A stretch of DNA of 64,000 nt from a virus. Made by a program: the position numbers and the translations under genes. The stretch covers positions 32,001-96,000 of the IMG/VR virus record IMGVR_UViG_3300025437_000010. One strand, 5' to 3'. This document shows positions 31,159-41,526 of the stretch, piece by piece. Each line of letters begins with the position of its first letter. Position 1 is the first letter of the stretch. The notes beneath the pieces were generated by a model. It had not been told where the DNA came from, did not search any database, and saw only the letters and a program-made list of their open reading frames with translations.

Positions 31159-33001
31159 ATGAAATGGGAGCCAATAATTGCTTGGCTCCCTATTAAAATT
31201 AAAAATAGATACGTTTGGCTTAAAAAAATCTACCGTAGAACAATTTATTATAGGTTTAATGAGGAAGGCGTTCTGGAATATGAATATGGTGATTTGTTTA
31301 CTATATTAGAGAAGGGAACAGAAAATGAATGATACACGAAGGGTTTATGCATGGGCAGTTGTAGTCGCGGACGCTATTTTTATGCTTATGTCGGGCGGCT
31401 GTATCGCATATGATTATATTCATTCTGTTCGCTGGGATACTGTGCTACTGAATATCATTATGTTCGGTTTGTGGACATACTGGCTCATTCAAGATACCAA
31501 AAAGCTGCGGCAGAGACACCTTATGTATATGTCAGATCAGGCATTTGACAATCTGAAGGATTGGTTGCTTGATAATAAATGTGATTGGAAGAAAGTTGGT
31601 ATCAGTAACACGTATATCAACAACTTCCTCGTGCCTGCTGCCGGTCTGTATCTTGTAGATTGGACAAGTCGTCAGTTTGCAATCGTTGATAAGAAACGAT
31701 ATGTAGAATTTTCGTTGAGGTATCTATGACTTGTGTTTGGACACTGAAAAAACAGGGGGTTCGCTTCACCTACCAACCTTCAGTTAAAACCTTTTTTTGG
31801 GTTGACGAAAAGTTTTACACTGCTAATAAAGAAGAGATTCTTGAATGGGCTGAGCGATATAACTGTGAGGTTCCTTCAAAAACTTATGGTTGGGTAACTT
31901 GTCCCGATGACGATGTTGCATTGCTTTTTAGGATGATGTGGTCGTGACTGCTGAATATCTCGTTAGATTCAGTGCCAATCGACTTGTGGTGCGGGAATGG
32001 TGTGTCAAGAATTTTCCAACTGATGGGTTATCTTTTTATAGCGGATGGGATAACGATAGAGGAAGAAAAATGTGGCGATGGAGATTTAATCTACAGGACA
32101 AGAACGAACTACTCCTGAACAGAGAAGCAGATGCCGCATGGTTTCTGTTGAGGTGGTCATGAAACTTTATTTTAAAGATACCAATCTATCCTATGGACAG
32201 ATAAGTGATTTAATGAAAACTCATATCGGTCCTTCTGGTCCTGATACGTGGGAAAATGGGACTGAAATAGGATTTGAAACGGGAATGAGTGGTGCTGGAT
32301 ATATTGAAATTTATGATGATAATCATCCCCATCTACCGTTTGTGGTCTTGAAATGGTGAATAACGTGGAAGCAAAAATATATACCATGTCATCAGATTTG
32401 TGGGTTGAGATTGACAAACATTATGACGAAACGGGACTAAAGCCTGTCGAATTCACTGATGAATGTATTTATGCGGATTTCGGTCTTCAGTATACATCTC
32501 ACATTACGTTTGCATATAACTACAAAATTACTGACGAAGAAAAATTTACTTTGTTTTTATTGAGGTGGCTATGATGGGAAAATATTATATTTCATTAGAG
32601 GACTTTGATGCTCTTGGAGACTGGTTAGACGAAAATAGAAAGAAATCACGATCTTCTTTCTTAGAGTACCAGACAGTCGATAGGTGGTTGCGGATTAAAG
32701 CTGGAATATCGGCATTGTCATCCAATTCAGAAGATGATAAGGGCTATCCTTATGAAATCATTGATGAACATAAATTGACGGTATTTTTGTTGAAATATCT
32801 ATGATTAGGCTGTTCATGAGAGAAACTAAAATGCGTTACGGAGAGATCAGTGGCTTGCTGAATCGTTCGCTTGGCCCTGCTGGTCCTGACACGTGGCAAA
32901 TTACTAGCGCATATGTTGAAGATATGGGATTTGCTAGTTTTGTTGAAATTTATGACATTGATAATCCTAATGTTACTTTTGTAGTTTTGAATTGGTCATA
33001 A
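31159..33001 (+). CDS. Array of eight small, tightly packed or overlapping ORFs, most ending in an F-x-L-[RK]-[WY]-like motif
   Basis: Ends FSLRYL, FRMMWS, FLLRWS, FVVLKW, FLLRWL, FLLKYL, FVVLNWS. Confidence 0.7.
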
Positions 33002-33003
33002 TA

Positions 33004-33223
33004 GTGTTTTTTTAATTATCACCACGATCATAGTGATTATCACTATAAGACAATTCGTTGGCAACGTAAATTTTCATTTTTCCCGAGAAAATCCTATCGC
33101 AGCAACAACTCTCTATGGTTTAAATGGGGATATAAAGCGATAGATAACTATTCTTATGGGAATTCAAGATCGTTTTGGATTTCCGAACAAGAATATATGT
33201 GGATGTTACTCAAGCAGGATTGA
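33004..33223 (+). pseudogene. Paralogue of the 22921 ORF, frameshifted in a T7 run
   Basis: GTG followed by 7 T puts FSFFPRKS...WISEQEYMWMLLK out of frame by 1 nt. Confidence 0.5.
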
Positions 33224-33271
33224 CATTTGTGGCATATTGGTGTAGAGTCCAATTTACTAAGGAGACATTAC

Positions 33272-34606
33272 ATGAGTGCAAGTTGGATTAAACTACTAAA
33301 TCAGTCAGAGTCGCGTCTCCACAAAGAGGATGTTATCAGACAAGCATATGAAGCTGCTATTCTTGGAAATGTAATTTCCGATAGGTTTCTTATTGGTCTT
33401 CGTGTATGTTACAACCCATTTCTGACCTTTGGAATCAAGCAGATTCCAGAGTCGGCGGGCATTGCTAATGCTGAGAATCCTTGGGAAGAACTTTCCAATT
33501 TGTTTGTCAAACTGACGCAACGCGAATTGACTGGCCATGCCGCACGTGATGCCATTCAGGATATGATGTGGCGGTTTGCCAGCGATGAATGGAATGACTT
33601 TATCGCCCCTATCCTTCGGCGCGACATGCGTTCTGGAATCAGTGAGAAGACCATCAATAAGATTGTCAAAAATACAAAATATGAAGTTCCAACTTTTGGT
33701 TGCCAACTTGCCACCAACTGCGAAGATCGTCCCGAAATGCGTGGTATTAAGAGACTTGAACCAAAGTTGGATGGCGTTCGTGTGCTGATGATCATTGACA
33801 ACAACGGTGGCATGACTAGCAGTGTGGCTTCGTTTAGTCGCAACGGCAAAATTTTTGAAAATTTTCCACACATAGAACATCAATTACTGAATAAGGTTGA
33901 ACATATCCTGAAATATCTTGGGAAAGAATTTTCTTCTGGTATTGTGTTTGATGGTGAAGTGGTGGGAAATTCCTTTCAGGAATTGATGCGTCAGGCTCGT
34001 CGTAAGACTGATGTCCAGAACGACGATAGTGTATTCCATATCTTTGATATTCTTCCTCTTGATGATTTCAAGCGGGGATACTGGAATGCTCAACTCGTTA
34101 AGCGTATTCACTTTCTAAACAAGCTGAGTCCAATTATTGATAATTTGCAAAATGTAGAGCTTCTTCCTCACATTATGGTAGACCTTGATAATTCTACCGG
34201 CGTTGCTGAGTTTAATAAGTATTGCAATGACATGGTTGAGGCAGGCTTCGAAGGCGCAATGATCAAAGAACTTGATGCACCCTACGAATGCAAGCGCAAT
34301 AAGTTCTGGTTAAAGTATAAGCCAACCATCACGGTTGATTTGCAAGTTATTGGTGTTGAAGCTGGCACTGGACGCAACAAAGGGCGTTTGGGTGCACTTA
34401 TCTGTAATGGTGTTGATAATGATAAGGAAATTACCGTTAACGTTGGTAGTGGGTTTAGCGATTCGGAGCGTGATAGCCTTTGGGCTGACAGAGAATTGGT
34501 GATTGGTAGCACGGCTGAGATTCTCGCAGATGCTGTAACTCAGAACAAGGATGGGACTTACTCACTGCGGTTTCCACGTTTTGTTCGTTTTAGGGATGAT
34601 AAGTGA
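33272..34606 (+). CDS. ATP-dependent DNA ligase
   Basis: EPKLDGVR, FDGE, FDIL, EGAMIK, WLKYKP, SLRFPRF..FR.DK. Confidence 0.93.
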   Translation: MSASWIKLLNQSESRLHKEDVIRQAYEAAILGNVISDRFLIGLRVCYNPFLTFGIKQIPESAGIANAENPWEELSNLFVKLTQRELTGHAARDAIQDMMWRFASDEWNDFIAPILRRDMRSGISEKTINKIVKNTKYEVPTFGCQLATNCEDRPEMRGIKRLEPKLDGVRVLMIIDNNGGMTSSVASFSRNGKIFENFPHIEHQLLNKVEHILKYLGKEFSSGIVFDGEVVGNSFQELMRQARRKTDVQNDDSVFHIFDILPLDDFKRGYWNAQLVKRIHFLNKLSPIIDNLQNVELLPHIMVDLDNSTGVAEFNKYCNDMVEAGFEGAMIKELDAPYECKRNKFWLKYKPTITVDLQVIGVEAGTGRNKGRLGALICNGVDNDKEITVNVGSGFSDSERDSLWADRELVIGSTAEILADAVTQNKDGTYSLRFPRFVRFRDDK

Positions 34607-35460
34607 TGAGCGAAGATACACCCTCCAAAGAAGAACAAATCTTGGAATTATTCAATTGGCTTGAAGAACGTGCAGCAGCACTAGGTGGATGCTCTGACGG
34701 AAACTGTGTCATTCACAAACCAAAAGGTATGCACACTAACGGTGGATGCAAATGTGCATATGATAGAAACAAAATTAACATATACACTCAATATGTTGCA
34801 TATTTTCGCAGCAAAGTTCGTAAAATACGGGATGAAAACTAATGATAAATGCTATGTTTGGTCGCGTTACTAAGATGAAGACTGAGTTTAGACTTGCAAG
34901 GCGCGGCAGCAATTATTATCTGCAATATCGTCATATTGAACAGAAGTTCAAGAAGAAATGGTTTTGGCAGAAACCCGAGGTTGACGAACTCATCAAAGGC
35001 GATTGGATCACTACAGACACTGCTATATTGGAGAATTTTTAAACATGAATATATATGATATGAATGAAGAACACGATATCCAGCGGTGCGAACTGTGTGG
35101 TATTATTGAAAGCACTCGTCCCTATGGTCTTAATCATGAGGAAATCTGCCTTGAATGTGCAAAGATGGATGAAGCCGTTACCATAATCCGTATGAAGGAA
35201 TGTATTTATATTTCGGACACTGATCAGTAATGTATAGCGATGACGATGATGGTCCTAAGATAGCAGACTTCATGTGGATTGTTGGGAAAACTTGCGTTTT
35301 CCCAGATGGTGATAGCATTGAAGTTATCCAAATTAAACGCAGAGAGACTGGACCATGGGTGACTTTCCACATTAAACAAGGGCCGGGTATTCCCCGTAAG
35401 CTTTTGCTCTCACTGGAAGAGTTTAACTCTGCCTATGGACATCTGTTCAAACGTGATTAA
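34603..35460 (+). CDS. Four small hypothetical ORFs
   Basis: Tightly packed ORFs in the track. Confidence 0.5.
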
Positions 35461-35477
35461 TTTGGCTAAATAGATAA

Positions 35478-36968
35478 ATGTTAAATATCAAAAAAATATT
35501 CAGTTTTGCAACTCTTACTTTATTTGTTGCACTCATTTTAAGTAGTATTTCTGCGTGGTATTCCATTCTAGGACTGACCGCTATTTTTTCTGCTGCGGTC
35601 GTTCCAATTATGATTATGGGCTGCTCACTTGAATTTGCAAAAGTAGTTACTACAGTCTGGCTGCACAAATACTGGAGTCGTGCCGGATGGAAACTTAAAT
35701 TATATCTTGTTCCTGCGGTTATTGCGTTAATGCTAATAACATCAATGGGCACATACGGCTATCTTTCAAAGGCACACAGTGATCAATCTCTTGTTAGCGG
35801 TGATGTTCAAGCAAAGATTGCATTATACGATCAAAAAATTCAGATAGCAAAAGACAGTATTGATGCTGACCGCAAAGCACTTCAGCAGATGGATTCTGCT
35901 GTTGATCAAGTTATGGGACGTTCAAATGATGTCAAGGGTGCTCAACAATCTGTAAATATTCGTAAAGCACAAGCCTCCGAAAGAAATAGACTTAATCAAG
36001 AAATAATGACACGACAGGCTACTATTAGTAAACTTAATGAAGATGCTGCTCCTACCAGAGCGCAAGTTCGCAAGGTTGAGGCAGAAGTTGGTCCTATTAA
36101 ATATATTGCTGCATTGATTTACGGTGATAATCCAGATAACAACCTGTTAGAACGTGCTGTTCGTTGGGTAATTATTATTATTGTTCTTGTGTTTGATCCT
36201 CTTGCTCTTATGCTCGTTTTGGCTGCACAAAGTAGTTATAAGTGGCTTGAAGAAGACCTCAAGGAAGAAGAAGAGAAGAAAAAGTCTACTGACAATTCTT
36301 ATTGTGCAGAAAAGGGAGACCTGTTTTGTATCCATGACCATCCATGTGCAGTAACAGAAATACTTGACAGTGCTTCCGAAGAAAATGATGTTCCCAAAGA
36401 ACAACTTGATGAAAAAATTGACGTTGTAATTGATGATTCGGTTGAACGTCAATTACAAGAATATATACCAGAACAGGCAACATCAAATGTGCGTGAAATG
36501 GTTGAGGGTGATATCAATTTTGCTCCTGAGCCTCACTCTCCGGAAGAAAAATCACATATTGAAACCGAAGGTGTAACAATTCATGAAATGGAGCATGGAT
36601 ATATTGAGCACGAAGGTAAGCAAATCAGCAAAACGGCATTCTTGAGCCAGCATCCTCATGTTTTCGCAGCAACACCAGATAATGAAAAAACTGGTCCAAA
36701 TTTTGGCACATCATTTCCTGTATTTGCTGCAAAGGGAGATGTTTTTGTGAGAGTTGATACTCTTCCAAACCGCGTCTACAAGTTTGATGGCAGCAGATGG
36801 ATGGAAATTAATAAGGATATATCTGATTCTTATCTGTATGATGAGGAATATTTAAGACACTTGGTATCCAAACTGGAATCAGGAGAATATGATGTTGAAC
36901 TTTTGTCTGAGAACGAAAGATCGCAAATAGAAGATTATCTTCAAAGTATAAGTAATGTGAGTAACTAA
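35478..36968 (+). CDS. Multi-TM coiled-coil membrane protein
   Basis: 3 N-terminal TM segments, coiled coil, EVGPIKYIA, further TM, acidic tail. Confidence 0.7.
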   Translation: MLNIKKIFSFATLTLFVALILSSISAWYSILGLTAIFSAAVVPIMIMGCSLEFAKVVTTVWLHKYWSRAGWKLKLYLVPAVIALMLITSMGTYGYLSKAHSDQSLVSGDVQAKIALYDQKIQIAKDSIDADRKALQQMDSAVDQVMGRSNDVKGAQQSVNIRKAQASERNRLNQEIMTRQATISKLNEDAAPTRAQVRKVEAEVGPIKYIAALIYGDNPDNNLLERAVRWVIIIIVLVFDPLALMLVLAAQSSYKWLEEDLKEEEEKKKSTDNSYCAEKGDLFCIHDHPCAVTEILDSASEENDVPKEQLDEKIDVVIDDSVERQLQEYIPEQATSNVREMVEGDINFAPEPHSPEEKSHIETEGVTIHEMEHGYIEHEGKQISKTAFLSQHPHVFAATPDNEKTGPNFGTSFPVFAAKGDVFVRVDTLPNRVYKFDGSRWMEINKDISDSYLYDEEYLRHLVSKLESGEYDVELLSENERSQIEDYLQSISNVSN

Positions 36969-36969
36969 C

Positions 36970-38169
36970 ATGTCCGATAAGAAACTACACACCTGCTCAT
37001 TTTGCGGTAACCACAAGGATCAGGTAACCAAATTAATAGTTGGCGAAGATGTCGCTATTTGTAGCGAATGCGTTGATTTGTGCAATCAACTTATCGTAAA
37101 GGAAAAGATAATAGAACCCGAGGCTAATCAACAGAATCCAAAGTTTGATGCATATGCCATCAAGGAACATTTGGACAAATATGTTATTGGACAGAGTGCT
37201 GCAAAAGAAGTTCTTGCTGTAGCAATTTCTAATCATTACAAAAGAATCAATCATCCACCTAAAAATTTAGAAATTCAAAAAGGGAATGTGTTGCTCGTTG
37301 GACCGACAGGTTCAGGAAAAACTTTGCTTGCAAAATCAGTTGCCAAATACCTTAATGTCCCATTCGTAGTGGCTGATGCAACTAACTTAACCGAAGCAGG
37401 ATACGTTGGTGAAGACGTTGAATCCATGATCGGATTGCTTCTTGCAAATGCCGATTATGATGTTAGCCTTGCAGAAAGAGGGATTGTGTTTATTGATGAA
37501 GTAGACAAAATTGCCAGAAAAAGTGAAAGTGCCAGTATTACGCGAGATGTGTCCGGAGAAGGTGTGCAGCAAGCATTGCTTAAGTTAGTAGAAGGCACTA
37601 AATGTCGCGTGAGTCCAGCGGGCAAGCGTAAGCACCCACAAGGTGAATTTATTGAGGTTGACACAAAAAACATACTGTTCATTGCGGGCGGTGCTTTTGT
37701 TGGATTAGAGGAAATAATTCGCAACAGAACTGGAGTGTCAGCCATTGGATTTGGATCAGTGGTGCGATCCAAAAACGATCCAATTGATTTGAAAAAAATA
37801 ACACCAGAAGATTTGACACGTTTTGGAATGATTCCAGAATTTATCGGGCGTTTTACAACCACAATTGCGCTTGAAGAACTTACCTTGACAGAATTGATTA
37901 AAATTCTAACCGAAATCAAAAACAGTTTCATTCAGCAGTATCAATATCTTTTTGAAATTGACGAGATAAAACTTACCTTTACTGATGACGCCATTCATAA
38001 AATTGCTCAAAACTGTATTGATTTAAAGACGGGCGCGCGGGGATTACATACTGAAATTGAACGAGTGCTGATGTGTCATATGTTTCACATTAATCGTTAC
38101 AAAGAAAATGATATAGTGGAACTGATCATTGACGTTGATCAAATTGATAAACCAGAACCTTTAATTTAA
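36970..38169 (+). CDS. clpX: ATP-dependent Clp protease ATPase ClpX
   Basis: CSFC...CSEC zinc domain, GPTGSGKT, EAGYVGED, DEVDK, RKH, IGF loop, GARGL. Confidence 0.95.
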   Translation: MSDKKLHTCSFCGNHKDQVTKLIVGEDVAICSECVDLCNQLIVKEKIIEPEANQQNPKFDAYAIKEHLDKYVIGQSAAKEVLAVAISNHYKRINHPPKNLEIQKGNVLLVGPTGSGKTLLAKSVAKYLNVPFVVADATNLTEAGYVGEDVESMIGLLLANADYDVSLAERGIVFIDEVDKIARKSESASITRDVSGEGVQQALLKLVEGTKCRVSPAGKRKHPQGEFIEVDTKNILFIAGGAFVGLEEIIRNRTGVSAIGFGSVVRSKNDPIDLKKITPEDLTRFGMIPEFIGRFTTTIALEELTLTELIKILTEIKNSFIQQYQYLFEIDEIKLTFTDDAIHKIAQNCIDLKTGARGLHTEIERVLMCHMFHINRYKENDIVELIIDVDQIDKPEPLI

Positions 38170-38222
38170 GATTGACATTTTCATCACACATCATTATTCT
38201 AACGTTAGAAAGGATTTTGTAA

Positions 38223-38624
38223 ATGTCTGAACAGCCAATTATGCATGAACGTGCAAATGGTACCAAGTATTGGTATTTAAATGGAAAAATTCATCGCGAA
38301 GATGGACCTGCGGTCGTCATCGCGGCTGGCGACAATTATTGGTATCTGAATGGTAAACTCCATCGCGAAGATGGACCTGCTATTGAACGTGCGGATGGTT
38401 CCAAGTTCTGGTATCTAAATGACAAACGCCATCGCGAAGATGGACCTGCTATTGAATATGCAAATGGCACCAAGCACTGGTTTCTGAATGATCAACGCCA
38501 TCGCGAAGATGGACCTGCTATTGAACGTGCAGATGGTACTAAATATTGGTATCTGAATAATATGGAAATAGACCAACTTGTTTTCTGGGTTACCACTAAA
38601 GAACGTCAAAAAGAATGTTTTTGA
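38223..38624 (+). CDS. 23-aa repeat protein, copy B, 4 repeats
   Basis: HREDGPA x4; DQLVFWVTTKER. Confidence 0.85.
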   Translation: MSEQPIMHERANGTKYWYLNGKIHREDGPAVVIAAGDNYWYLNGKLHREDGPAIERADGSKFWYLNDKRHREDGPAIEYANGTKHWFLNDQRHREDGPAIERADGTKYWYLNNMEIDQLVFWVTTKERQKECF

Positions 38625-38666
38625 CACAAAATACTTGATTTTTTTACGCAATAGTGTATGATAAAT

Positions 38667-38725
38667 ATTATTGTAGATGCTTATACAGGTCTACAATAAT
38701 AGTCTTGCTATAAAGGAGATAAAAC
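38667..38725 (+). promoter_or_regulatory. ROSE-like RNA thermometer leader of hsp20
   Basis: 5' hairpin at 38667-38700, then TCTTGCT (38703-09) opposite AGGAGA SD (38714-19). Confidence 0.6.
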
Positions 38726-39199
38726 ATGACTAAATTAACTACTAACGGTAACCTAACACTTCGCGCCCTTGACATTCCGTCACTGCATCGTTTCTCGGTA
38801 GGGTTTGATAACGTCTTTGACGAATTAATGCGAGTAAATTCCCAACAAGCATCTGGTCCAAATTATCCACCATACAATATTGTAAAATATGATGATGATA
38901 ATTTTACCATTGAACTTGCGGTTGCAGGTTTCAATGATGGTGATATTAATATCACGCTTGAAAAAAACATTCTTACTATTGCGGGTGAACAAACACAAAC
39001 GCTTGATGAACTTGATAAGGAAGTTGAGTATTTACATCGTGGCATTTCTGCGCGCAGTTTTACTCGCAACTTTACTCTTGCGGATCATGTGGAAGTTGCC
39101 AAGGCATATTCAGAAAATGGCATCCTAAAGATTGAACTCGTTCGGAACGTTCCCGAGGAATCTAAGCCAAAAAAGATTGACATTTCATACAAAAAGTAA
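38726..39199 (+). CDS. Small heat-shock protein (Hsp20/IbpA family)
   Basis: YPPYNI, IELAVAGF, YLHRGI..R.F.R.F.LA, NGIL. Confidence 0.93.
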   Translation: MTKLTTNGNLTLRALDIPSLHRFSVGFDNVFDELMRVNSQQASGPNYPPYNIVKYDDDNFTIELAVAGFNDGDINITLEKNILTIAGEQTQTLDELDKEVEYLHRGISARSFTRNFTLADHVEVAKAYSENGILKIELVRNVPEESKPKKIDISYKK

Positions 39200-39213
39200 T
39201 ATAGGTAGAACTA

Positions 39214-39243
39214 ATGCTTGCGGGTAATGGTGCCCGCAAGCAT
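39214..39243. other. Strong intergenic hairpin between hsp20 and clpS
   Basis: ATGCTTGCGGG...CCCGCAAGCAT with no U-tract. Confidence 0.6.
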
Positions 39244-39265
39244 CCAAACAAGGATTAATTATATA

Positions 39266-39571
39266 ATGGCAAATGCAGAACCAACCAATAAGATCAAGCC
39301 TAACTTGGCTTTGAAGGAACCCTCAATGTTTCGGGTTATTTACATGAATGATGACTTTACTCCAATGGAGTTTGTGGTTAGTTCGCTGATTGAATACTTC
39401 AATTATAATGACGATACGGCAACCAAGATTACGGTTGACGTTCATGAACAGGGAAGTGCCGTTGTCGCCGTTCTTCCCTACGAGATTGCTGAGCAGCGTG
39501 GGATTGAAGTAACTCTTGATGCACGTGCACGTGGATTTCCGCTTCAGATCAAGGTTGAAGCAGACGATTAA
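39266..39571 (+). CDS. clpS: Clp adaptor ClpS
   Basis: NDDFTPMEFV, VHEQG.A, EIAE, FPL. Confidence 0.92.
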   Translation: MANAEPTNKIKPNLALKEPSMFRVIYMNDDFTPMEFVVSSLIEYFNYNDDTATKITVDVHEQGSAVVAVLPYEIAEQRGIEVTLDARARGFPLQIKVEADD

Positions 39572-39572
39572 T

Positions 39573-40274
39573 TTATACTGATATAGTGATCCTTTTAGCC
39601 CAATATGGCTTTTGGTGTAAATATGGGTTGTTGATATAGTTGATTTCTTCAATACAGGTATCAACCATTTTTTCATAAGTCCCAAATGCCCAGTGCGTTA
39701 CTTTATTTTCAGTATCATTTGCTAAAGTAACGCACATTGGGGTCTGATCATCCGAAATGATTGGGCGTTCTCCAAAGTATAGTTCTTCGCGTGGGACTGC
39801 ATTTGACATTATAATAACTTTTGTTATATCCATGTGCTTTTGCAGTTTTCCCAATGAATTATACAGATAGTTAAAATCGTCATGTCTGGATGCAGTTTCA
39901 AACAAATTTTCCATGGTAAAGGTATCACCCACCGTGCTCCACCCATTTATTCCTATAACTGCAATGCCATCAATGACTGCCACATTTTGATGAAGGAAGC
40001 ATACATTTTTTATATTTTGTAACATTTCAGAAATTTCATCAGTTCTTTCTGTTATTTTATCTGCAGTTTCATATTCTAAATAGCCGGGAACATAAAACAC
40101 ACCTTGGTAAAACCTACTAAGATGTGCCAGTGTTTGAAAAACGGTATTTAGATTAGAACTTATGTTTCCTGCCACAAGGCAATACAAACTTGTTGCTTTG
40201 TTTTCCCAATTGAAGCTTTCATCGGGAGAAAGAAAAAGATCGCTAATTAAATCAAAGCCAATTTCTGTTTTCAT
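39573..40274 (-). CDS. Metallophosphoesterase-fold protein with degenerate metal ligands
   Basis: SDLFL, AGNI, PGYLEY and FGTYE occupy the DxH, GD, GNH and GHxH positions. Confidence 0.65.
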   Translation of the reverse strand: MKTEIGFDLISDLFLSPDESFNWENKATSLYCLVAGNISSNLNTVFQTLAHLSRFYQGVFYVPGYLEYETADKITERTDEISEMLQNIKNVCFLHQNVAVIDGIAVIGINGWSTVGDTFTMENLFETASRHDDFNYLYNSLGKLQKHMDITKVIIMSNAVPREELYFGERPIISDDQTPMCVTLANDTENKVTHWAFGTYEKMVDTCIEEINYINNPYLHQKPYWAKRITISV

Positions 40275-40279
40275 TTAAA

Positions 40280-40720
40280 TTATTTTGCTACATTTAACTT
40301 TGGTTTGCGAGGTGCGCGCACTTTTTTAACTTCTTTTTTTACTTCCTCTATTATGGTGTCAGCATCAGCAGTCACTTCTTCTTCAATTTTAACTGCGGCT
40401 TTTTTTGCCTTTGATACGGTAGCCTTTACCACTGGTACAACAGTTTCAATATCAGCGATAGTCTTCTCGGCATCGGTAACAGTCTTCTCTACATTGGCGA
40501 TGTCCGCTACAACATTTAATGGTGCTATCTCTGCTTCGGAAACGGTTTTTGTTACATCAGCAATGTTGGTTTCTACATCAGAAACTATTGTGGTGGCTTC
40601 TGGTTCAATCGTGTTTACTTCATTAATTGCAGTATCAATTGTGCTCTTTCCAAGTTTGGTATATACAAGATATACGCCATATAATGCTACTGCGCTCGTC
40701 GCTATAATTAGAAATTCCAT
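40280..40720 (-). CDS. Membrane-anchored low-complexity protein
   Basis: N-terminal TM, T/V/E/A-rich body, basic tail; late promoter at 40753-40758 (-). Confidence 0.65.
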   Translation of the reverse strand: MEFLIIATSAVALYGVYLVYTKLGKSTIDTAINEVNTIEPEATTIVSDVETNIADVTKTVSEAEIAPLNVVADIANVEKTVTDAEKTIADIETVVPVVKATVSKAKKAAVKIEEEVTADADTIIEEVKKEVKKVRAPRKPKLNVAK

Positions 40721-40870
40721 ACTTTTCTCCTATGTGTTTGGTTTTTCATTATTATTTATGAGATATTAAACATATACACAATAAACCCATAATTTTGTTA
40801 CAAAAACATCTTGCATTTTATATCAATCTGATATAGAGTTAAACTCTCTCTAACAATAAAAGGAAATTTA

Positions 40871-41491
40871 ATGAGTCTCGTTCCTATCGTTCTTGAACAA
40901 ACTTCTCGTGGTGAGAGGTCGTATGATATTTTTTCACGACTCCTACGCGATAGAGTAATTATGCTTGATGGCGAAGTCCATGATCATATGGCAAATATCA
41001 TTGTCGCGCAATTACTCTTTCTTGAGTCTGAAGACCCTAATGCTGACATCTCATTGTATATTAACTCAAATGGTGGATCAGTGACCGCAGGAATGTCCAT
41101 ATACAATACCATGTCTTTCATCAAACCTGATGTATCCACTATCGTTACCGGACAGGCTGCATCAATGGGATCGTTCCTTGCTCAGGCAGGTGCTGCCGGT
41201 AAGCGTTATGTTCTTAGTGAAGCACGTACAATGATCCATCGTGTAAGTTCTGGAACTCGTGGAACCAGTGGTTCTGTTCATGTTCAGGAACTTGAGTTTG
41301 AAGATGCTCGTCGCCACTTGGAAGAATCAAAGCGCCTCAATGAACGCCTGACTCAGTTGTATGTACAACATAACACTGCTGGAAAGACTTATGAAGAAAT
41401 GTTTGAGGACATGAAGTTTGATACTTTCCTATCTGCTGAGCAGGCGGTTGAATATGGGCTTGCCGACGAGGTACTCACTAAGCGTCCTTAA
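40871..41491 (+). CDS. clpP: Clp protease proteolytic subunit
   Basis: [33 protein letters not shown]. Confidence 0.95.
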   Translation: MSLVPIVLEQTSRGERSYDIFSRLLRDRVIMLDGEVHDHMANIIVAQLLFLESEDPNADISLYINSNGGSVTAGMSIYNTMSFIKPDVSTIVTGQAASMGSFLAQAGAAGKRYVLSEARTMIHRVSSGTRGTSGSVHVQELEFEDARRHLEESKRLNERLTQLYVQHNTAGKTYEEMFEDMKFDTFLSAEQAVEYGLADEVLTKRP

Positions 41492-41526
41492 TATATGTTG
41501 ACGTGCTTTCATCACTGTAGTATGTA

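Noticed and set aside
39214-39243. Rho-independent terminator after hsp20
   Set aside because: The stem is strong but has no U-tract on either side, so it is kept only as a hairpin.
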